This document shows positions 10,934-20,825 of a stretch of 64,000 bases of DNA, one piece after another. The position numbers and the translations under genes were made by a program. Origin of the DNA: Macrostomum lignano (taxonomy: Eukaryota); assembly GCA_002269645.1 (NCBI GenBank), contig NIVC01001335.1, forward strand, positions 1 to 64,000, given 5' to 3'. Numbering within the stretch: the first letter of the stretch is position 1; every line of letters begins with the position of its first letter. Below the pieces are notes generated by a model. That model searched no databases. It saw only the letters and a program-made list of their open reading frames with translations, and had not been told where the DNA came from.

Positions 10934-12219
10934 ATGAACGACCCACTGACACCAGTTTTCTACAAAATTAACAAGCCTATTTTGAGTGATGATAGCACAA
11001 TCAAAGCGACTCAGGTAAGAGTTCCCAGTCAGGAAAATCAGAATGAAACTAATCTTGGTCCTGGCCAAACACTGACATTTACATACAATGGATGTTCGTC
11101 TTTGGTTAGTGTGCACAGTCTTAAGAGCGGCTTCCATATGACATTTCAATTCAAGACAAAGGGTGGTGCGGATGCGGCTCGTGCTAACGTTGACAAGCAT
11201 GATGCGGATGTGGCTCTGATCAGTAACTTTTGGGCGTACATGTTCAAGGAGTTTAGTGTATCGAATGGGAGCACTGAGTTGGAGCGAATCGCCAACTTTG
11301 GAATTGTCTATGACGCTCATTGTTTGATCGAGAATCCTGATTTTATTCAGTTGGGAAGTGGTGCGGGTTTTATCGCAGATGAAAAAGAAGGAGACACCAA
11401 TGACAGTGGCTATAAAAAGAGGAAGAAGAGATACAACTATGCATTGCAAGGTGCAGATGATGCTGCTAAAACCCGCTGTATCGGTCTGTTGATGTATTTG
11501 TACCACTGAGATTCATGAGTGGATTCTGTAATACATTTAATCGACTGACTAGTAACTTTAGCTACACCTTTAGGATGACTAGAGATGATCGCAGTAGAGT
11601 GTTGTGGACTGGGGCGGATCACACAAGGATGGAGGTGAAGCTAACCGGAATCGAGCTGTATTTGGAAGTCATTGAGCCAAAGACTGCACTAAAAGCGGAT
11701 TATCTCAAGGCAATAGAGAAGGACATTGATGTTGCATACACGGCCTACATGTGTCGAGATGAGCGAAACGAAACTAGAACAAACATCTGCATTAAAGAGG
11801 GATCATGCAGCAATCCACGGTATATTATTATTAACATGAGAAACCCAAATAGCATTATACGCTACATGCATGGAGACGTGCGGTCCATTCAGCATGAAAT
11901 CAGTGATAATCTTTACCCTGCACTGCCACAAAATGGAGATTTCAGTCAGAACAAGATTAGCAAATTTTACAGCGAGTTGGTCGACTTGGCTGTGAAAGAG
12001 AACAATGGAATTGCTATCACTGCTCTTCAATATGGAACTCTATATCCAATGTTTGGCGCTGATGTGTCTGCCAGACAAATGCCTACTGATAACAGCCCTG
12101 TGAATATCGTGACTAACATTGAGAGGACTGTCGCAACACCCGTGGACCTGTACATTATCTATGCATTTGAGAGGAAGGTGAAGCTTAACATGATCAACAA
12201 TTCATCCAGTAAAGTTTAA
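10934..12219 (+). CDS. Major capsid protein (double jelly-roll, PY/hexon-like), single frameshift near 11480-11505
   Basis: ORFs 10934..11509 and 11515..12219 join via VDVFVPLRFMSGFCNTF. Polinton MCP-like motifs include NPRYIII, LYP...DFSQNKISKFY and ADVSARQ; joined length about 430 aa. Confidence 0.85.
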
Positions 12220-12243
12220 ATATTTTTTTTGTGGGTGAAAAAA

Positions 12244-13107
12244 ATGGAAGCTATAGCCGAAAGACTAAACAATATTATTTCGCACTCCAAGGAGAGCATT
12301 CCTATTACAATAACTGGGCGGATTAATGACTCAAACGGGATATTTGTTCAAAAATTAGAGCAGGCGATTAGCCTGGATCCAGGTGCTAATTACCATGTCT
12401 ATCTTAACGACTTCACTGGTTGGTCAAACGTTCCCAATGTGACGGCAGCAAATAATAAGTTTTATTACAAATGGAAAGGTGCAGCAGCAGAACCTGTGGT
12501 ATTCCCTGTGAGCACGCAAAGTGTGGATACCTACAATTACTTTCTAGAAAACGTCTTTACTAAAAGAGGCCATTTTGAGACACCTGATATGAGTAAGCCA
12601 GAGAAGAAACTGTTCCCTGTTAAACTAACCTATGATCTCACTGTAATGAGAGTGGTCATGCAAGTTCACAAAGATGCGGAGGTTGAGTTTAAAGATGACA
12701 CTTGGTATAGGGAATTGGGATTCGTGAAGAAAGTTTATAAGGCAGAATCCACAGCGCGGACTGTCACTCAAGCATCGGGGGCCGTTAGCATGGCCCGGGA
12801 AAGTGTACGCGGTTTGTTCTTAGCACCCAATATAGCAGACATTGTAAAGGGTTTGAATATTCTAATCAGAACTAATCTCAGTCTTGATTGGGTATTTAAG
12901 GGAAAGCGAACTAATATTTTGTACAACATCTCCAACTCTGTAGCTGGAGGACAGATGGTGGTAGAGAAACCAAATCCAGTGAAAAGAGTTGTATTGAGTA
13001 ATAAGGAGATTCACGAGATTGTGCTTCAGTTTGAGACTGAAGATGGGATGGGCGTTGATTTTAATGGGGAAGAGTTTGTATTGACGTTAATCATTGAGAG
13101 AATGTGA
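12244..13107 (+). CDS. Minor capsid protein (penton/PX-like), intact
   Basis: 287 aa from the ATG at 12244. Motifs SNVPNVTAANNKFYY, RELGF, NILIRTNL, KPNPV and DFNGEEFVLTL; directly downstream of the MCP. Confidence 0.85.
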   Translation: MEAIAERLNNIISHSKESIPITITGRINDSNGIFVQKLEQAISLDPGANYHVYLNDFTGWSNVPNVTAANNKFYYKWKGAAAEPVVFPVSTQSVDTYNYFLENVFTKRGHFETPDMSKPEKKLFPVKLTYDLTVMRVVMQVHKDAEVEFKDDTWYRELGFVKKVYKAESTARTVTQASGAVSMARESVRGLFLAPNIADIVKGLNILIRTNLSLDWVFKGKRTNILYNISNSVAGGQMVVEKPNPVKRVVLSNKEIHEIVLQFETEDGMGVDFNGEEFVLTLIIERM

Positions 13108-13111
13108 GAAA

Positions 13112-13351
13112 TCACAATTGCCTAATGATTTCTGCAAAGTTATAGTAGCTGTCGTAATCTTTTACGTAGGTTACTCCATACTTATGAAACCAGTGTCTTT
13201 GGAGAGCTAGATTAATATTAGGGACATTGATATCAACGTCGGGCCAATATTTTCTCATGTACTCGCTGCATTCTAGTTTGCATCGGTACTTACTCTTGTA
13301 ATTAGGCTCGTGCGCTTTGTAATAAGAACCTGGAGAGACAACTGGAAACAT
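13112..13351 (-). CDS. Small aromatic-rich hypothetical protein at the edge of the Polinton
   Basis: 79-aa ORF with the same A-rich start context (ctaaaaATG) as other element genes; no recognisable family. Confidence 0.35.
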   Translation of the reverse strand: MFPVVSPGSYYKAHEPNYKSKYRCKLECSEYMRKYWPDVDINVPNINLALQRHWFHKYGVTYVKDYDSYYNFAEIIRQL

Positions 13352-13562
13352 TTTTAGAGAAAATTTAATTTTTTTTTCAAAGGGTAAGGACCCTGGGTTA
13401 GGGGGTTTAAAGTTTTAGGGATCTGGTTTCATGTTGCGAATTGAATGTGGGGAGAAGAATGCATATTTTTTTCTGATTGTTTCGAAGATGCTATGGATGG
13501 ATGTCAGTGGATTATGTCTGTGTCAGTGAGCATAACAGGTATCAGTGGACCCATATTCCCAT

Positions 13563-13860
13563 ATTCTGTCAGTCATAATATGGATGGATTTAATGGGATT
13601 AAAGTTTTCGGAGCAAGTGCGGCCCCTCCCCTTTTTCATGATTCTTTCGGGGATAATATGGATGGATTTAATGGGATTATGGAGGACGTTTTGTGAGCGG
13701 GTGCGACCCCCCTTTTTTTTCTTATTCTGTCAGGGATAATATGGAAGGATTTAGGTGGATTATGGAGGACGTTTTGTTAGCGAGTGCGACCCCCCTTTTT
13801 TTCTGATTCTGTCAGGGATAATATGGATGGATTTAGGTGGATTATGGAGGAGGTGAAAAA
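13563..13860. repeat. Degenerate tandem repeat of about 80 bp, about 4 copies
   Basis: attctgtcagggataatatggatggattta... recurs at 13563, 13641, 13724 and 13806. Confidence 0.85.
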
Positions 13861-13894
13861 TTTTGTCCCAGAAGCCCCCTCATGCCTTCTACTT

Positions 13895-14974
13895 GCGGGT
13901 GACACCGACTGGCACACTCTAATGATGTGTACAATCTCATATCTGAGTCTATTGATACAGCTTGGCAATTTCTGATTGATTTTCCTGGATTTCCCCATTT
14001 AAATGTATAGGAATTTTCCGGAATCTCCGCCTGCGGATATATGGAAAGCAGATTAAGCTAGACACACGATTCTTTCTGCGGGTGACACCGACTGGCACAC
14101 TCTAATGATGTGTACAATCTCATATCTGAGTCTATTGATACAGCTTGGCAATTTCTGATTGATTTTCCTGGATTTCCCCATTTAAATGTATAGGAATTTT
14201 CCGGAATCTCCGCCTGCGAATATCTGGAAAGCAGATTAAGCTAGACACACGATTCTTTCTGCGGGTGACACCGACTGGCACACTCTAATGATGTGTACAA
14301 TCTCATATCTGAGTCTATTGATACAGCTTGGCAATTTCTGATTGATTTTCCTGGATTTCCCCATTTAAATGTATAGGAATTTTCCGGAATCTCCGCCTGC
14401 GAATATCTGGAAAGCAGATTAAGCTAGACACACGATTCTTTCTGCGGGTGACACCGACTGGCACACTCTAATGATGTGTACAATCTCATATCTGAGTCTA
14501 TTGATACAGCTTGGCAATTTCTGATTGATTTTCCTGGATTTCCCCATTTAAATGTATAGGAATTTTCCGGAATCTCCGCCTGCGAATATCTGGAAAGCAG
14601 ATTGAGCTAGACACACGATTCTTTCTGCGGGTGACACCGACTGGCACACTCTAATGATGTGTACAATCTCATATCTGAGTCTATTGATACAGCTTGGCAA
14701 TTTCTGATTGATTTTCCTGGATTTCCCCATTTAAATGTATAGGAATTTTCCGGAATCTCCGCCTGCGGATATATGGAAAGCAGATTAAGCTAGACACACG
14801 ATTCTTTCTGCGGGTGACACCGACTGGCACACTCTAATGATGTGTACAATCTCATATCTGAGTCTATTGATACAGCTTGGCAATTTCTGATTGATTTTCC
14901 TGGATTTCCCCATTTAAATGTATAGGAATTTTCCGGAATCTCCGCCTGCGAATATCTGGAAAGCAGATTAAGCT
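13895..14974. repeat. 183-bp tandem repeat, about 5.9 near-identical copies
   Basis: gcgggtgacaccgactggc starts at 13895, 14078, 14261, 14444, 14627 and 14810. Confidence 0.97.
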
Positions 14975-15112
14975 GAGAGTGAGAGAGAACAGAGTGAGAG
15001 AGAACAGCGAGAACAGAGTGAACAGAGTGAGAGAGAACAGAGTGAGAGAGAACAGAGTGAGAGAGAACAGAGTGAGAGAGAACAGAGTGAGAGAGAACAG
15101 CGAGAACAGAGT
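14975..15112. repeat. GA-rich 15-bp minisatellite (agagtgagagagaac)
   Basis: Directly visible; it explains the RENRV-repeat ORF. Confidence 0.9.
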
Positions 15113-15225
15113 GATCGAGTTTATCGAGTCGGATTCAATTGAAAATCAATCTAGAAATGATTTCCTACACGACTGAGTTGGTTTCATGATTTCAAATGAT
15201 TTCCACTCGAACTTATTAACCTTTT

Positions 15226-15772
15226 AGTCTAGTCAGATTAGTCTAGTCAGATTAGTCTAGTCCGATTAGTCTAGTCACATTAGTCTAGTCACATTAATCT
15301 AGTCAGATTAATCTAGTCACATTAGTCTAGTCGCATTAGTCTAGTCAGATTATTCTAGTCAGATTAGTGTAGTTACATTAGTCTAGTCAGATTAGTCTAG
15401 TCAGATTAGTCTAGTCAGATTAGTCTAGTCACATTAGTCTAGTCACATTAATCTAGTCAGATTAATCTAGTCACATTAGTCTAGTCGCATTAGTCTAGTC
15501 AGATTAGTCTAGTCAGATTAGTGTAGTTACATTAGTCTAGTCAGATTAGTCTAGTCAGATTAGTCTAGTCAGATTAGTCTAGTCACATTAGTCTAGTCAC
15601 ATTAATCTAGTCACATTAGTCTAGTCAGATTAGTGTAGTCAGATTAGTGTAGTCACATTAGTCTAGTCAGATTAGTCTAGTCAGATTAGTCTAGTCAGAT
15701 TAGTCTAGTCACATTAGTCTAGTCACATTAATCTAGTCAGATTAGTCTAGTCAGATTAGTCTAGTCACATTA
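15226..15772. repeat. 14-bp minisatellite (tagtctagtcagat)
   Basis: Period 14 visible throughout. Confidence 0.95.
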
Positions 15773-18700
15773 GCTTAATAGTCAGTCCCGCCAGCCGCCA
15801 CTGATAGCCGTCTATGAGAGCAATCTGAAACGATGAAAACGTGGATGAGTAAAATGACTGACTTTGAAATGTAAATGAAATCTAAACCTCAGCCCCAACT
15901 AATATTTAATATGATGCAATGTCTGTCTTATAGCTATGGCGGATGTCTAGTCAACGTGTGACAAACTGCTGCCGTTTTCTCTTGCAAAGAGAAAGAGTCG
16001 GTCTTTACCATCAGGTCTTTAATTCCAGAAAGTCCTATACGTAAAACTATATTGCTATTGTCTTCAAGCGTAAGTGTCGAGACACACGCGATACTACTTT
16101 TCACACAGCAAAGTAGTGAAATGCGTATATTTTAAGTGTTGCCTTACTATGTCATGAAATTTTCTAATTTCAAGGTCCATCATGGATGAATTAAGAATTA
16201 GTGAAACATTAAGAATTAAATGCCTGCACAAAAATGAAAACTTAAGCACCACAGTTAGGCCCTTCTGTGCTCATAGAATGCTGCTAATTGAAACGCTTAA
16301 AATAGACCCTATTATGCGAATACAAAACTAGCGTCGTCTAGCGTCCGGTGGGCGAACTTGAGGGCGGATTGTAAGACACAAAACCTAAAGCACAAGCATT
16401 TACGAAAATATGACATGTTTACTTATTCTGTCTTCGCACTACGAACTTAAAAAACTATTTTAAAGCATCCCGGATTTTTATTCAGAAATTTTGGGGCGAC
16501 TCGGGGCGGACGTCGTACGACGTCGCCCGGATATTTTTTTCCACTGGGTATAGGCTACTAACTAGCTTTTGAAGTTTTGTACTATAATATATAAAATAAA
16601 GTAAGGTCAAGGTATAAAATGAGATTTAATTTAACAGCTAAATACAAGGGATACTTCTTAATCTTAATTGACAATCGCTAATCATGTTCACTATTCTCAG
16701 TGCCTTATAGATAGACTAAAAAGCTTTATTTTCAGACTTCTAGAAAATTTCTAGAAAAAAATCTTTAAAATATTAAAGTGCTTCGAAACTTGTTATAATA
16801 TCATTCTTGATTGCCAAGTCGTCAAAACAAGGACGACCTTGTGCTTTAACTTAAGTACTACTTAAAGTCACCCTGATGCCTGATTGCGTTTTTTCCTACA
16901 TAATTAACGCTTATTTATTTAATAAAGGTCTCGAGAATAGAAAAAATTAAACGTTGAAACTTAATATTGAAATTTATTATTAAAACGTCTCATTTTAAAA
17001 GTCTACTTAATTTATTTTATCGAGAAGTATTAAACAAATTTTACCTCTTTCTATTTACTTAGTAAAAATTTAAGCTTTAACTTAAATCTTTTTGTCTTTG
17101 AAATAAAGCAGGTCATCTATTTTTCTATTATGTTACCAGTTTCAGTTTCTTATCTATTCTCGAGACCGGCGACTGTTGAGCGGCGACGAACTCATTTCTA
17201 GATGCTGTGCTGACCAGCTAAACTCTGAAGAAAAAAATTGTGTACGGGTACTGCCAGATGTTACTTCAAACGGTTAAAGTAACGGTCATGTACGCTTGTA
17301 TCTTTACACGACTTTAGTTTGATAACTATAACTTAACAGTTCCTCTGGTCGCTTTAAAGTCATTTAGTTAGGCCTATACTTGCTGAATGCATACATGGAT
17401 ACACAGGGGCAAGGCCTATTTTTAATTATAAATTAGGCCGTAGTTCAACAGTTATTGTAATTGAATTAGAATTATAATGAATTAGGCCTATTAGGCCTAA
17501 GGCCTAGGCCTAGTCAATTGCTAGGGTTTAGGGTAGGCTAGAAAGATACCTAGGCTATGACCCTTTTCTTCATTTGCCTTGATTTCTTCGTTTGCTTTGT
17601 TTTTTCTATGCATTTTAATATAAAAACAACTTTGGCTAATCAGTTTTTACCAACATTAAAACTGATCTGTTAAAATGTACATAGACATATGCATAATTCT
17701 ACGACTACATGATACTCATTCACCCTTCACCTCTTGGTTAGCCACCCCATAATTTTGTTGTCTAATATATAGCCATCCTACTCCCACTATGTACATTTTA
17801 ATATCAGTTTTAATGTTGGTAAAAACTGATTAGCTAAAGTTATAACTTATATACTTAGCTGCAGGGCTGTCCCGGAGGGGACACAGCGGGAAGGCGCGGG
17901 CGCCCATTCCGCTAAACTTATATACTATTTTAATGACAATTAGGCCTATAAATTATGATATATGTATAATAGATAGCTACATTAGGCCTATATAATATAT
18001 CCTTGTAGGTTGGTAAACTTGGTGGTAGTTTTTAACAATTTAGTTTTTCTCAATCCTATTATCAAGTTTTTTTCTGATCACAATGATTTAATCTTTGTCT
18101 AATTCAAAATTGTCTATCTCTAAAGGCTTACCCCTAAGCTGGCTTACCACAAATTTATGTTGTTAGCTAAGCTACTAAATCAGCCAAGTTGCTTACATTG
18201 CTAATTAATAACTAATATACTTTTGTATAGGCCTATAATATATCAATGATCAAAAGTTTAATAATCTATAGAACTAAATCTCAAAATGTACTTATTCTAC
18301 TATACCTTAACTTTATTAGAACTATACATATATGCCTCTTTTGAAAATTAAATATATAATGTCAATTTTTATAATAAATTTTTAGTTAAAAGTTACCTTC
18401 TTAAAGCTTCCCTTAAAACTAGGGCCTATTCTATAACGTTAGCCTATGCTATCCCAGCTAATGCAAGTGGTTTTAAGTTATATAACTTGCATCAAAGCTA
18501 TAAGTAGTGTTTCAAAAGTTATGTTTCTTTTTTCTATCCAGGTCTACTAATTGAAAAAATGTTTATAAACAAATAAATATAAACAAAAATAATATTTTGA
18601 GCTTTTTATAATTACATTTACTTTTTCAATGCATGCAGCTAGATCTATTTTTTATTTATTGCAATGTATTAGCTTAGGCCAATATAAAGAAATAAAACCT

Positions 18701-20340
18701 AAAATTTAAATTAGGACCAATAAAATCAAATATGTAGTATAAATACTGTTAGAATTATATTGAATCTGGAACTTTATATTTAATTCTATTTTATTTTATA
18801 TCTTTTCTAATTTGAACTAAGTTCTGGACAATAAAATATATAATAATAATAATAAATATGCTATATAACTAAGCAATAAGCTAATCACTTACTTATCTTA
18901 AGGTAATGATTATAATTCATTGTATTTATGCAACAGTTTTATATTTCTTCAAGCTATCTTAGTGATTTAAAAAGATATAATGATGAGTGATAAGACAAAT
19001 TATAGGCCAATAAATTTTCTTGAAAATCTATAGGCCTAAAAGTCTTTAATTTTTTTAATATATTGATAATAATATAAACATATTGATAATTATAATGCAG
19101 TCACTCTTAAATATATTTCATAGATAATATTCTGTTTTGTTGTCTGCCTACAATATGCCAAGGTCACAATGTCATTGAGATCTATATATTTATAGGTGGA
19201 GAGGATAGACCAGTGGTGTGCAAAGTGAAGACTAGATAGGGGTTAGAAAGCATGGACTAAAGTGAAAGGAAATAAAGACTAGGAAGACTAAATAATTGCT
19301 ACTTTAAAGATCCCTAAATGTAATAAAATGGATACTAAATAATTTCACATATACTGCTTTGCTATAGTTTGTTTTTAAGGCATTTTCTAAGTATAGAAAG
19401 AATAAACCAATGTATTATCATTAAATTATTAGATATATATTCATCAAACTTGAGCTAATATATGGCAAAAGCATTTAAAACATGAAGTAAACTTTTATTT
19501 AAAGTAAATATTTGATTTCCCCATGTATAAATATTATTGAAAAAAATGTATTATTAATATTGATTTTAGTATAGAATTTCATATTTTATTGATGCAAGAA
19601 TTTTATATGTGCTTTCTTTCTATTATCAAAGCAGAACTTTAGTTGAGATTGCATTGATCATGTCTGTATTGTAGTACTATTAATAATCACAAGACAGTTG
19701 CAGTCACTCTGGTGTACCTATTATGGCCTTGGCATTGACTTGGTGCATTTTAAAGAGGCTTGGGCTATTTTGATATTGGAAGCATAGATAGAGCAGACCA
19801 GAGTAGCTGAAATGGTCTGATCTAGCTTGTTGCAACCTTGCTGAAATCAACAAGAAACAAGGAAACACTGATTGCAAAATTTTGCAATGTTTGCTCTATC
19901 TTCCATGAATATCCCAGCAGTTAAGTGATTAACCATATCCTTGGCACTCAATCGCAATGTTGATCCATCTGAGCACATGCGCAGTTCCTCTCTTGGTTAT
20001 TACAGGCTCTCGCCTCTTACCAAGCTCAGATCAAAAGTCCCCTCTGCTGGAAATTTTCTACCTCTGTGGCTGCACTGAGTTAACCATCAAGCACCTGTTG
20101 CACAGCACTCATACACATGCTCACACCTTCTTATCACTTGTCAGGCATGTGTACTCTGTGCCTTCGGGGTGGTTGGGCCTCATGGGTTTGCATTGCAAGC
20201 ATACATGCGCAACCTCCAAAATTCGGTCGGCCATGCGACTTAGTTTTAACAAAAATGCGACGTAGTTTTTGGCTAAAAATGCGACTTACATGTAAAAAAA
20301 CCCTAGCGTAAGTAGCGTAAAGAAAAATTAACACTACTTT

Positions 20341-20404
20341 GGGTAAACGGCAAGAGTAACTATAACTGTCTTATTAAGTCAAAATGCCTCGTCAGCTACT
20401 TAGT
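20341..20404 (+). pseudogene. Diverged 28S rRNA-like fragment (helix 69-71 region)
   Basis: gggtaaacggcaagagtaactataactgtcttattaagtcaaaatgcctcgtcagctacttagt compared with the recalled 28S GGGTAAACGGCGGGAGTAACTATGACTCTCTTAAGGTAGCCAAATGCCTCGTCATCTAATTAGT gives about 51/64 identical by eye. Not a functional rRNA gene. Confidence 0.7.
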
Positions 20405-20590
20405 ACTACTACTTGGGTATTTTTTTGGGTGGGCATTTTTGCCCACTGTTGCGCATGTATGATTGCAAGACAATGAGCTAGGGGAACCGATCCATGTTGC
20501 AAGAGTCGAATGCATGAGCTATGAACCTAGCTCTACCCCTCTATCCGGGGGGTAATTGATCATACATGAGCAAGCTTTGGAATCACCCTG

Positions 20591-20700
20591 CCGTTTCTAT
20601 TGGCAACACACACATGTAAGTCGCTATTGGCTGAGAGCAGTCACGTGACTACTATTCTGTCCAATAGCGACTTACATGTGTGTGTTGCCAATAGAAACGG
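20591..20700. promoter_or_regulatory. Perfect 40-bp inverted repeat with central GTCACGTGAC, upstream of STUB1
   Basis: Arms 20591-20630 and 20661-20700 are exact reverse complements, and each carries two CCAAT/ATTGG. The loop contains agtcacgtgact (20639-20650). It ends 125 bp before the STUB1 ATG. The regulatory role is inferred; it could be a MITE. Confidence 0.55.
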
Positions 20701-20825
20701 CCAGTGAATCCCTAGGTTGCGCCCAAGCATGTAATTGATGATAAACCATCAAATGAAATGCCAATAACGGGACTTGTTAATTGCAGATTATCAGAGCCAA
20801 TAGCAGTCTCCGCCGTTAGAATTCG

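Larger units (their letters stand above)
1..14974. mobile_element. Endogenous Polinton/Maverick (adintovirus-like) dsDNA virus/transposon, left end outside the window
   Basis: Co-located hallmark genes: DDE integrase, protein-primed PolB, adenain-type protease, packaging ATPase, major and minor capsid proteins. The right boundary is uncertain and is placed at the end of the 183-bp array; no TIR pair or TSD is visible. Confidence 0.93.

Noticed and set aside
17521-17540. Telomere-like tagggtttagggtagg
   Set aside because: Too short and irregular to call an interstitial telomeric repeat.
19211-20110. hAT-like TIR pair cagtggtgtgcaa / ttgcacagcactc
   Set aside because: Only 11/13 match and the flanking 8-mers differ, so there is no TSD.
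20405-20419. actactact as the right Polinton terminus with TSD tgggta
   Set aside because: It is separated from the viral genes by over 5 kb of unrelated sequence, and the left end is outside the window, so no TIR or TSD match can be tested. Kept only as a remark.
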